Source of the DNA: an uncultured Chloroflexia bacterium
Lineage (GTDB): Bacteria; Chloroflexota; Limnocylindria; Limnocylindrales; CSP1-4
Assembly: GCA_963757055.1 (NCBI GenBank)
Contig: CAVWPX010000007.1
Location: forward strand, 5,618 to 69,617
Direction of reading: 5' to 3'
DNA: 64,000 nt
This document shows, in pieces, positions 13,461 to 22,099 of the stretch (its first letter is position 1; every line of letters begins with the position of its first letter). The position numbers were made by a program, and so were the translations under genes. The notes below the pieces were generated by a model, which had not been told where the DNA came from, did not search any database, and was given only the letters and a program-made list of their open reading frames with translations.

Positions 13461-14685
13461 CTAGGAGGCTCGCTGGAGCGGCATCGCGACGCCGGTCACG
13501 CGGTCCTTGCCGGCGCGCTTCGAGACGTACATCGCGTTGTCCGCGCTGATCATCAGCTCGTCCACGCTCCGGCCGTCGTCCGGGTACGCCACGACCCCGA
13601 CGGAGAGCGACGGCTGCGGCGCCCCGACGGGCAGCTCGAGCGGCATCGAGCGGACGCCGATCCGGATCTTCTCGGCCAGGACGAACGCCCCGGTCGGGTC
13701 GGTCTCGGGGAGGACCACGACGAACTCGTCGCCGCCGTAGCGGGCGGCCGTGTCGATGCGCCGGATGCTGGTCTCGATGACCTCGCCGACCGCCCGCAGG
13801 ACCCGGTCGCCGTGGAAGTGGCCGACCCGGTCGTTGATGGCCTTGAGCTCGTCGACGTCCATCATCAGCAGGCAGAACCCGCGGCCGGACCGCGCCGACC
13901 GGGCGATCTCGCGATCGATGGCCGCGAAGAAGAACGTCCGGTTGAAGAGGCCCGTCAGCGGGTCCACGGTCGAGAGGCGGATCGCGGCGTCGCGCGCGCG
14001 GCGCTGCTCCCGCCCGATGACCATCGCCACGAAGGCCAGCAGGATCAGCGCCGTCAGGTTGACGGCCACCAGCGCGACGGCCGTCGGACCGAGCGATCCG
14101 GCCGCGGAGCCGGCGAGCACCGCGATCACGTAGCCGAGGCCGGCGATCAGCGTCAGCACGATCGTCACGCGGCCCGGGACGACCAGCGCCGCGCCCGCCA
14201 CGATCAGCGGGAACGCGAAGAAGAACGGGCTCAGGGCGCCGCCGGTCAGCGCGACCAGCAGCGAGGCGCCGAGCAGCGCGGCCGCGCCCTCGAGCACGTA
14301 GCGCGACGAGCCCAGCAGCGAGGACGGCAGCAGGTCGTGGACGACCACGATGAACAGCCCGCCGAGCGCGAGGAGGACCAGGATCGCCGGCTGCGTCGCC
14401 GGCCACAGGCCCGTCACCGCGACGATGACGGTCGCCGCCATGAGGAAGACCCACGCCACGATGCGGACGACGCGGTCGTAGCCCGGGCATCGGGTCGTCG
14501 TCGGACGGGATGATGTCGTCGACCCCGAGGATCACGGCCCCCTCGGTGTTCCGCGGCGCCGTCGAGGCGGCCGTATCGCCCCAGCCGGAGGCGTTCACCA
14601 GGAACGGGACGAGGAGCGCGGCCATCAGCCCGAGGTTCGCCGCGACGGCGACCACGATGAGCGCGAGGAGCGCCTCGACGGGCAA
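13461..14685 (-). CDS. Membrane diguanylate cyclase (GGDEF; frameshift near 14490)
   Basis: Multiple TM helices, then DPLTGLFNR, MDVDELKAIND, ARYGGDEF; probable TTG start at 14685 after GTGAGG. Confidence 0.85.
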
Positions 14686-14824
14686 CGTCCGAACCTCACG
14701 ATGGGGTGCATCGGACGACACCCAGCGCGCGCCCGGCAGCGGCCATCTTAGCGGGTGGGAGGGTGGACTCCGGAGCGGAACGCAGACGTCTGGTGCGATG
14801 CGGCACCAGCTGGCGCGATCGGCC

Positions 14825-15322
14825 CTAGCGGACGCCCCACTGGTAGCTCTGCTTCACGAGCCGCAGATACACGAACGTCTCGGTCTCGCGCACGCCCTCG
14901 ATCGCCCGCAGTCGCTCGGCGAGGAAGCGCAGCAGCGACTCGTTGTCCTCGCAGACCGTCTCCACGAGGAGGTCGTACGTTCCCGCGGTGATGACGACGT
15001 AATCGACCTCGGGCATCGCCGCGAGCTCCTCGGCCACGGCCACGAGCCGGTCGCTCTGGCAGCGGACGCCGACCATCGCCATCTGGTGGAACCCGAGCTT
15101 CAGCGGGTCCGTGACCCCGACGACCTGGAGGATGCCGCGCTCGATCAGGCGGTTGGTCCGCGCCCGGACCGCGGCCTCCGAGACGCCGAGCTCGGCGGCG
15201 ATCTGGGTGAACGGCCGCCGGCCGTCGGCCTGGAGGTGCTCGATGATGCGCTTGTCGAGGTCGGACACCTCCTCGGCGCTCCGACCGCTCCGTGACCGGG
15301 GTGGGCGTCCGTTGGCCGTCAT
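14825..15322 (-). CDS. Lrp/AsnC family transcriptional regulator
   Basis: DLDKRIIEHLQADGRRPFTQIAAELGVSEAAVRARTNRL HTH plus AsnC ligand-binding domain (AGTYDLLV). Confidence 0.92.
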   Translation of the reverse strand: MTANGRPPRSRSGRSAEEVSDLDKRIIEHLQADGRRPFTQIAAELGVSEAAVRARTNRLIERGILQVVGVTDPLKLGFHQMAMVGVRCQSDRLVAVAEELAAMPEVDYVVITAGTYDLLVETVCEDNESLLRFLAERLRAIEGVRETETFVYLRLVKQSYQWGVR

Positions 15323-16020
15323 GGTCCCGTGGTCTCCCGTGGCGAGGGGCTGACGCCGATCGGCCCGCCGGCACCCGGGGTGTCGGTCGCCGTCGACGAT
15401 GGCGCGGGGGTGGGAGCGGCGTGGCTGGGCAGCGTGACCTTGATGATCGAGCGAGTCTGCAACGGCGACGCCAGTCCGTCCATCGCCTTGATCAGGGCCG
15501 CGAGCGCGGTCCGCTGTCGGGAGCTCGGCTTCGGAGGGCGCGCGCCGGTCGTCGGACCCCATTCGACGAGGATGTTCATGCCCTTCAGCGCGACCGGTGA
15601 CTCGCCCTGGCCCGGCTTCGATCCGGTCTTCCAGCCGGTCGCCTTCGCCAGGGCACTCACCGAACGGTACTGGCTGATGATGAGGGGCCAGTCCGCGTAC
15701 GTCGCGACGATGCGCTTGACGAGACCGCCCTTCCCCTTCCCGCCGGCGTTGCTGGGCGTGAGCCGGAGGCCGGCGGCGTTGAGCGCGGTGAAGACGGCAT
15801 CCGCGGTCGCGGGCGACCTGAGCCGGGTGACCGGGACGACCGATGTGACCACGGCGGGACGGGGCGTCGACGTCGGCTCGGGCGTGGTCGTGCCGCCGCA
15901 CGCGGCCGTCGCGCACGCGAGGACCGCGCCGACGGCGATGAGCCGCGGCGACCAGATGGCGTGGCCGCGGCTCGTTCCCCGACCGCGCCCCCGTCGCGCG
16001 AGTCGATTCGAGATTCGCAT
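15319..16020 (-). CDS. Putative lipoprotein of unknown function
   Basis: Basic N-terminus, hydrophobic stretch ending ATAAC (lipobox-like), Pro/Thr-rich linkers; stop overlaps the Lrp ATG (ATGA). Confidence 0.6.
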   Translation of the reverse strand: MRISNRLARRGRGRGTSRGHAIWSPRLIAVGAVLACATAACGGTTTPEPTSTPRPAVVTSVVPVTRLRSPATADAVFTALNAAGLRLTPSNAGGKGKGGLVKRIVATYADWPLIISQYRSVSALAKATGWKTGSKPGQGESPVALKGMNILVEWGPTTGARPPKPSSRQRTALAALIKAMDGLASPLQTRSIIKVTLPSHAAPTPAPSSTATDTPGAGGPIGVSPSPRETTGP

Positions 16021-16095
16021 CGCGGGCCGGATGCTAGCACCGGGTTCGCACGCTGCCGCCCGTACGGAGGTCCCGGTACCGCCACTCGGCGGCGA

Positions 16096-17017
16096 TCAGC
16101 CGCGATCGAGCTCCGTCAGGGCCTTCGCGACCGCCTGGATCGAGGGCACGGTGATCGGGTCGAGGACCAGCTGGACCGTGCCGATCCCTTCGCGGGCGTA
16201 CGCGCGGAGCGCATCGGCCATGGCGGCCGGGATCGCCGGTCAGCGGCGGGATCGCGGCCTGGGTGGCGTCGCCCGACAGCCGTCCCGTGCCGCCGGGCAG
16301 CCCGACGAGCACGGCGACGGTCCGCTCGATCGCCGCCGGATCGCGTCCGACGTCGCGGCACGCCTCGTCCACGACGTCCCGCAGCGGGGCGATGCCCGCC
16401 GGCGTGTTGCCGATGTCCGCGTACCACGTGTTCCAGGCGTCGGCGTAGGGCAGCGCGATCCGCAGCATCCGCGGCCCGTTGGAGCCGATGAGCAGCGGCG
16501 GGCCGCCGGGACGGGCGCTGCGCGGCAGGAGCTCGCAGTCGCGCGCCTGGTAGTAGCGCCCGTCGAAATCGATGGCGCCCTCGCCAAGGAGCGTGCGGAT
16601 GATCGTGAACGCCTCCTCGAAGCGGTCCACGCGGTGGTCGTACGGGAAGCCGAAGGCCTTGAACTCGGTCTCGTTCCAGCCGGCGCCGAGGCCGAGGATG
16701 AACCGGCCGCCGCTGATCTCGTCGATCGTCGCGGCCTGCTTCGCGAGCAGGGCGGGGTTGTGGAAGCTCGTGCACGCGACGAACGGGCCGAACTCGACCC
16801 GCGACGTGGTCGCGGCGATGGCCGCCATCAGCGTCCAGGCCTCCCACGGTCCGCGGGCGGGCCGGCCCTCCCAGCGGTAGAGCAGGTGCTCGCCGAGCCA
16901 GATGGAGTCGAACCCGAGGTCCTCGATCGCCCGGATCATGTCGAGCAGCTCCGGCCAGCGGACCTCGCGCTCGACCTCGGGGAGCTGGACGCCGACCTTG
17001 AGCGGCCGTCCCGCCAT
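16096..17017 (-). CDS. LLM-class flavin/F420-dependent oxidoreductase (frameshift near 16235)
   Basis: KVGVQLPE, EDLGFDSIWLGEH, HNPALLAKQAATIDEISGGRFILGLGAGW, PLLIGSNGPRM. Confidence 0.9.
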
Positions 17018-18088
17018 CAGCCGCCGGCCGTCGACGGCCGCGGCGATCGCCCGGAGGTGGTCGGGCGTGCTCCCGCAGCAGCCGCCGACGATGGTCGCCC
17101 CGGCCTCGCGCATCTCGAGCACCTGGCCCGCCATGGTGTCGGGGTCCGCGCGGTAGACGGCGCGCATGTCGACCAGCTCGGGCATCCCGGCATTCGACTT
17201 GGCGACCAGCACGACATCGGGTCGCGCGGCATGCATCTTCGCGATGACCGGGATCAGCTCGTCCGGGCCGTTCCCGCAGTTGCCGCCCACCGCGTCCGCG
17301 CCCCACGCGTCGAGCGCGGCGACGGCCTGCTCCGGCGAGACGCCCATCATCGTGTGCCCGCGCGTGTCGAACGTCATCGTGGCGATGAGCGCGATGCTCG
17401 GCGACGCGCGCCGGACGCCCTCGATCGCCGCCTTGATCTCGTTCAGGTCGGACATCGTCTCGATCCAGATGAGGTCCACGCCCCCGGCGATCAGCGACGC
17501 GGCCTGCTCGTGGAAGATGTCGACCGCCTCCGCGTACGGCAGCGTCCCGAGCGGCTCGACGATCTCGCCGGACGGGCCGATGTCGCCGGCGACCAGCGCG
17601 TGCCCGCCCGCGGCATCGACCTCGGCACGGAGCAGGATCGCCGCGGTCCGGTTCAGCTCGTCGACCGAGTCGGCGTGGCCGCTGAGCTTCAACCGCGCCC
17701 GGTTCCCGCCGAAGGTGTTGGTGAGCAGGATCTGCGAGCCCGCGTCGATGTAGGCGCGCTGGATCCGGCGGATGACGTCCGGGTGGGCGAGGTTCCAGAC
17801 CTCGGGCGGGTCGCCGAACTGCAGGCCGTTCGCGAAGAGCATCGTGCCCATCGCGCCGTCGGCGCAGACCGGGCCACCGGCGTCGAGGAGCGCGCGGAAC
17901 TTCGCGCTCGCGGCGCCGCCGTCGATCGAGCGGCGGGTCGCGACGTCCGGGAAGGCCGCGCGGTCGACGTCCTCGGGCGGAGCGGCCGGCCCGTCATCGT
18001 GGCTCGCGCCGTTCGTGGCGCGCGCGGCGGCCTCGTCGAGCCGCCGGTTCCTGGTGCCGCGTCGAACGCTGTCCATGCCCGGCATCAT
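17017..18088 (-). CDS. Homocysteine S-methyltransferase family protein (stand-alone MetH N-terminal-type domain)
   Basis: DGAMGTML, YIDAGSQILLTNTFG, AGDIGP, ETMSD, GGNCGNGP and GGCCGSTP zinc-binding Cys motifs. Confidence 0.9.
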
Positions 18089-18103
18089 CCCACGCTCGGC
18101 GGG

Positions 18104-18133
18104 TTGACAGCGACATCCCGCGTCCCGCACCCT
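18104..18133 (+). promoter_or_regulatory. Putative sigma70 promoter of leader-peptide/LysE transcript
   Basis: Perfect TTGACA at 18104-18109; weak -10 CACCCT at 18128-18133 (18-nt spacer). Confidence 0.45.
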
Positions 18134-18142
18134 GCGCCCGAC

Positions 18143-18214
18143 ATGCATCACGCCATCGCGCCGACCCTCGCGACCACGTCGCAGCAGCAGCCCTGGAGGG
18201 CCTGCTCGACCTGA
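18143..18214 (+). CDS. Putative 23-aa attenuator leader peptide MHHAIAPTLATTSQQQPWRACST
   Basis: Short ORF between the promoter-like element and a terminator hairpin, upstream of the LysE gene. Confidence 0.45.
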   Translation: MHHAIAPTLATTSQQQPWRACST

Positions 18215-18256
18215 TGCGCCGCGCCCGGAACGGGCGCCACGACACGGTGAGACGAC

Positions 18257-18291
18257 CGCCCTCAGCTCGGATGCTGAGGGCGTTTCCTTTT
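18257..18291 (+). terminator. Intrinsic terminator in the 5' leader of the LysE gene
   Basis: Perfect 10-bp stem CGCCCTCAGC/GCTGAGGGCG, 6-nt loop, then TTTCCTTTT, immediately before GGAGG and ATG 18305. Confidence 0.8.
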
Positions 18292-18304
18292 GATGGAGGC
18301 AACG

Positions 18305-18928
18305 ATGGATCCCGCGCTCCTCGCCAGGGGCTTCATCCTCGGGTTCACGATCGCGGCGGCGGTCGGGCCGATCTCGGTGCTCGTCATCCGCCGGACGCTC
18401 GCCGAGGGCCGCACGGTCGGGCTGGCGTCCGGGCTGGGCGTCGCCACGGCGGACGCGATCTATGGCGGCATCGCCGCGTTCGGCCTGTCGGCGATCACGG
18501 ACGTGCTCGTGGGCGGCGGCCGCTGGCTCGGCCTGATCGGCGGGATCTTCCTGCTGTTCCTCGCCTGGAGGACGGCGCGGTCGGAGCCCGGTCCCGCGGC
18601 GACCGTCACGGAGCGACGCGGCGGCCTGGCCGGCGCCTACCTCTCGATCCTGGGCCTCACGATGACGAACCCGATGACGATCATCTCGTTCGGCGCGCTC
18701 TTCGCCGGGCTGGGCGTGACCGGCGAGAACGCGGTCGAGTCCACGCTGATCACGCTCGGCGTCTTCCTGGGCTCGGGCAGCTGGTGGGTGATCCTGACCT
18801 TCGTCGTCGGCCGGCTGCGCACGCGCGTGACGCCCCGCGCGCTCCGGATCGTCAACGTCGTCTCCGGCGTCGTGATCGGGGCGTTCGCGATCTCGTCGAT
18901 CGTGCTGGCGCTGCGCGGACCGGCCTAG
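18305..18928 (+). CDS. LysE/RhtB family amino-acid exporter
   Basis: GFTIAAAVGPISVLVIRRTL.EG...GLGVATAD.IYG, LTMTNPMTI; GGAGG RBS at 18295-18299. Confidence 0.92.
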   Translation: MDPALLARGFILGFTIAAAVGPISVLVIRRTLAEGRTVGLASGLGVATADAIYGGIAAFGLSAITDVLVGGGRWLGLIGGIFLLFLAWRTARSEPGPAATVTERRGGLAGAYLSILGLTMTNPMTIISFGALFAGLGVTGENAVESTLITLGVFLGSGSWWVILTFVVGRLRTRVTPRALRIVNVVSGVVIGAFAISSIVLALRGPA

Positions 18929-19329
18929 GCGTCGGCCGGCTTCTCCTGGATCGTCCAGCTGTTGCCGTCCGGGTCGTCGAAGAAGATGAACGAGTTCCAT
19001 GGGCCGCCAGGGCCGTCGATCCAGGTGCCGGCATCGTTGTGGCGCACCGGGGTGACGTCCAGCCCGCGGCCGGCGAGCTCCTCGCGGCAGGCCGCGATGT
19101 CCGCGACCACCAGCTGCATGCCCTTGACCGAGCCCGGCGCGGCGTCATTGAGCCCCTTGCCGATGGTCACCGAGCACGCCGAGCCGGGCGGCGTCAGCTG
19201 GACGACCCGGAACGCGTCGCCGAACGACTGGTCGACGTCGACCACGAAGCCCAGCTTGTCCGCGTAGAACGCCTTGGAGCGGTCGACATCCGAGACGGGG
19301 ATGACGACGACCTCGAGCTTCATGTCCAT
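18925..19329 (-). CDS. VOC / glyoxalase family protein
   Basis: MDMKLEVVVIPVSDVDRSKAFY..LGF...FFDDPDGNSWTIQE. Confidence 0.9.
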   Translation of the reverse strand: MDMKLEVVVIPVSDVDRSKAFYADKLGFVVDVDQSFGDAFRVVQLTPPGSACSVTIGKGLNDAAPGSVKGMQLVVADIAACREELAGRGLDVTPVRHNDAGTWIDGPGGPWNSFIFFDDPDGNSWTIQEKPADA

Positions 19330-19382
19330 CGGATGGCCTCCTCGATGCCGGAGGGCGTCGCCTGGTGCGGCGCCGTCTCCCC

Positions 19383-19442
19383 ATGGAACGACGGGAGAGC
19401 CGCGAACGCATCGGTGAGTCCGGGCTGACGTCGGCGTTCTAT
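19383..19442. promoter_or_regulatory. Pair of divergent ECF-type promoters
   Basis: Plus strand CGGTGA-N18-GTTCTAT (19412-19442); minus strand CGATGC-N18-GTTCCAT (19413-19383). Confidence 0.55.
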
Positions 19443-19487
19443 GGGCATGGACCGCACGCCCCGCTCCGATGGTACGGTCGCTCGCGG

Positions 19488-20440
19488 ATGAGCGCGACCG
19501 TCGACGACACCGCCTTCGCCGCCCTCGCCGAGCCCCATCGGCGCGAGCTGCACGTGCATTCGCTACCGGATGCTCGGCTCCTTCGACGAGGCCGAGGACG
19601 CCGTGCAGGAGACGTTCCTGCGCGCGTGGCGAGCGCGCGAGACCTTCGACGGCTCCGCCGCGTTCCGGGCGTGGCTGTACAAGATCGCGACCAACGTCTG
19701 CCTCGACGCGATCCGGCGCGCCAACCGGCGGCTCCCCTCGCGCTCGCTCCAGTCGCTCGGCGAGATCCCCTGGCTCCAGCCGTACCCGGACGACCTGCTC
19801 GACGAGATCGCGCCCCGCGAGGACGAGCCCGACGCGGTCGCCGTGTCGCGGGAGACCATCGAGCTGGCGTTCCTCGCGGCGATCCAGCTGCTGCCGCCGC
19901 GCCAGCGCGCGGTCCTGATCCTGCGCGACGTCCTCGAGTGGTCGGCGAAGGAGACCGCGGCGCTCCTCGAGATGACGGTCGTCGCGGCCAACAGCGCCCT
20001 CCAGCGGGCCCGGGCGACGATGGCGGCGAACCGGCCGCACGGTCGCGATGGTCCGCCGCCGCCCGTGCCGACCGAGGCCGAGCTGGAGCTGCTCCGGCGG
20101 TCGATCGAGGCGCACGAGCGGGCCGATGTCGCCGCGATGGCGGCGATGCTCCGCGACGACGTCCGCATCGCGATGCCACCGAACCCGTTCTGGTTCAACG
20201 GGCAAGGACGTGTTCGTGCCCGGGCTCGAGGTCGGGATCACCGGCCCGGGCGAGTGGCGGCTCGTGCCGATCCGGGCCAACCGCCAGCCGGCGTCGGCGA
20301 CCTACCTGCGGGAGCATGGCGACACGGTGTTCCGTGCCTTCAAGCTCGACGTGATCCGCTTCGAGGGCGGGTTGTGCGCCGAGGTCGTCACGTTCGGCGC
20401 GTACCTGTTCCCGGTGTTCGGGCTGCCACCGACGCTCTGA
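19488..20440 (+). CDS. ECF sigma factor with C-terminal SnoaL-like domain (SigG/ECF56-like; frameshifts near 19560 and 20210)
   Basis: [63 protein letters not shown].ETA; C-terminal WRLVPIRANRQPA. Confidence 0.88.
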
Positions 20441-20629
20441 CGGGTGGGTTGCGCGAGGGCTATGATGCGTGGGACGGCGCTCCCTCGCGCCGCACCTCCG
20501 TCCCGGTGCTCACGCCACCGGCCCGTGGAGGCAAAGGGGCTCCGCCTCGAGGTCGTGTCGTGTGCAGACCCTGGTCGCTTGGTCCCAGGAGCGTGAGTCC
20601 GGATCGACGGCCGGATGGGAGTCGCACAC

Positions 20630-21352
20630 ATGACCACCGACAAGGCCCGCAAGCGGGCCGTCCGCACCCGGATGCAGAAGACCGGCGAGCGCTATGCCGC
20701 CGCGCGCCGACACGTCACCACGATCGCCGACGCCACGCCGGCGTCGCCGGCGGCACCGGCAGAGGCCGTCGAACCCGCCAAGACCCTGTCCGCGGACCTG
20801 CCGCCGCGGGTCGCCGACCCCGGCATGGCCGAGGACGGGATCCGCAAGGGCACGGGCCAGGGCTGGGACGACTGGTTCCGCGAGCTCGACGCCTGGGGCG
20901 CCACGTCGAGGACCCACACCGAGATCGCCCGCCACGTCGGGACGTCGTATGACATCACCGGCTGGTGGGCCCAGACCGTCACGGTCGGGTACGAGCGGGC
21001 GCGCGGGATGCGCGCGAAGCACGAGACCACGCGCGGGTTCGAGGTGAGCGTCTCCAAGACGGTCGCCGCGCCTCCCGAGGTCGTCTGGCCGGCGGTCGCG
21101 GAGCCCGATCGACGGACCGCCTGGATGGGTCCCGAGAAGCTGGAGGTCCGTGCTCGTGGCTCGAAGGCCGGCGTCCGGATCCGGTTCGACGTCCCCGGCG
21201 ATGGGACACGGGTGGGCATCTTCCTGACGCCGAAGGGCGAGACCAGGACGGTGCTGACCGTGACCCACGAGCGCTTGAGCGGCCCGGAGGCCGTCGCCGA
21301 GCGGCGCGCGTACTGGCGTGAACGTCTGGGGCGGTTGGCCGCCTCGGTCTGA
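20630..21352 (+). CDS. Uncharacterised protein: basic N-terminal arm + DUF4287-like helical domain + SRPBCC-like domain
   Basis: MTTDKARKRAVRTRMQKTGERYAAARRH; TGQGWDDWF...WWAQTVTVGYE; VSKTVAAPPEVVWPAV...LTVTHERL; GGGAG RBS. Confidence 0.7.
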   Translation: MTTDKARKRAVRTRMQKTGERYAAARRHVTTIADATPASPAAPAEAVEPAKTLSADLPPRVADPGMAEDGIRKGTGQGWDDWFRELDAWGATSRTHTEIARHVGTSYDITGWWAQTVTVGYERARGMRAKHETTRGFEVSVSKTVAAPPEVVWPAVAEPDRRTAWMGPEKLEVRARGSKAGVRIRFDVPGDGTRVGIFLTPKGETRTVLTVTHERLSGPEAVAERRAYWRERLGRLAASV

Positions 21353-21412
21353 CCGACGCTCGCCCGCCGGCGACCTCGTGCCGCCGGCGGGCCAAGCCCC
21401 TACAGTGCGCCG

Positions 21413-22073
21413 ATGGCCGCCTCGTCCCGTGCGTTCATCCTGCGCGAGACCCGTCTGCGCCCGGTCCCGGGCGTCGACGCGATCCGGCTCCACCTGGCCG
21501 ACGAGGTCCTGCCGCTCTGGCATGCGGTCCAGCTCGAGACGGGCGACCCCGACACGGCCCTGCCCTACTGGGCCTTCGCCTGGGGCGGCGGTCTGGCGAT
21601 GGCCCGCTATCTGGGCGAGCATCCCGAGGCGGTCGCCGACCGGCGCGTCCTCGACGTCGGCTCGGGCTCGGGGCTCGCCGCGATCGCCGCGATGCGAGCC
21701 GGCGCGAGCGAGACCGTCGCCTGCGACATCGACCCGTACGCGGTCGCCGCGATCCCGCTCAACGCCCGCGCCAATGGCGTGCGTCTCGACACCGTCCGCC
21801 GCGACCTCCTCGACGAGGAGCCGCCGCCCGACATCGACGTCATCCTCGCCGCCGACACCTGGTACGAGGCTGGGCTGGCCCGTCGCGTGCTGCCATGGCT
21901 CCAGCGAGCGCACGCGGCGGGCATCGACGTGCTCGTCGGCGACCCCGGTCGCGCCGACCTCCCGATCGATGCCCTGACCGAGCTCGCGGTCTACGACGTC
22001 CGGACGACGACGGACATGGAGGACCTCAGGCTCACGCGCGGCCGCGTCTACCGGCTCCGCGCGCACGGCCTGA
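21413..22073 (+). CDS. SAM-dependent methyltransferase, lysine-methyltransferase (family 16)-like; 3' end probably frameshifted
   Basis: LPYWAFAWGGGLAMARY, VLDVGSGSGL, DVILAADTWY. As given the ORF runs to 22381, antisense into the channel gene; an out-of-frame TGA sits at 22071-22073. Confidence 0.8.
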
Positions 22074-22099
22074 TCCGCGAGAGCCGGGCGGCCCGGACC

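Noticed and set aside
14790-14809. Hairpin CTGGTGC-GATGCG-GCACCAG downstream of the Lrp gene
   Set aside because: No T-tract; plausible weak terminator, insufficient to call.
12163-18140. Expected SAM, cobalamin or T-box riboswitches upstream of the methionine-related genes
   Set aside because: No recognisable consensus. The trans-sulfuration gene appears leaderless, and the leader at 18.1-18.3 kb lacks the T-box GGTGGTACCGCG-type motif.
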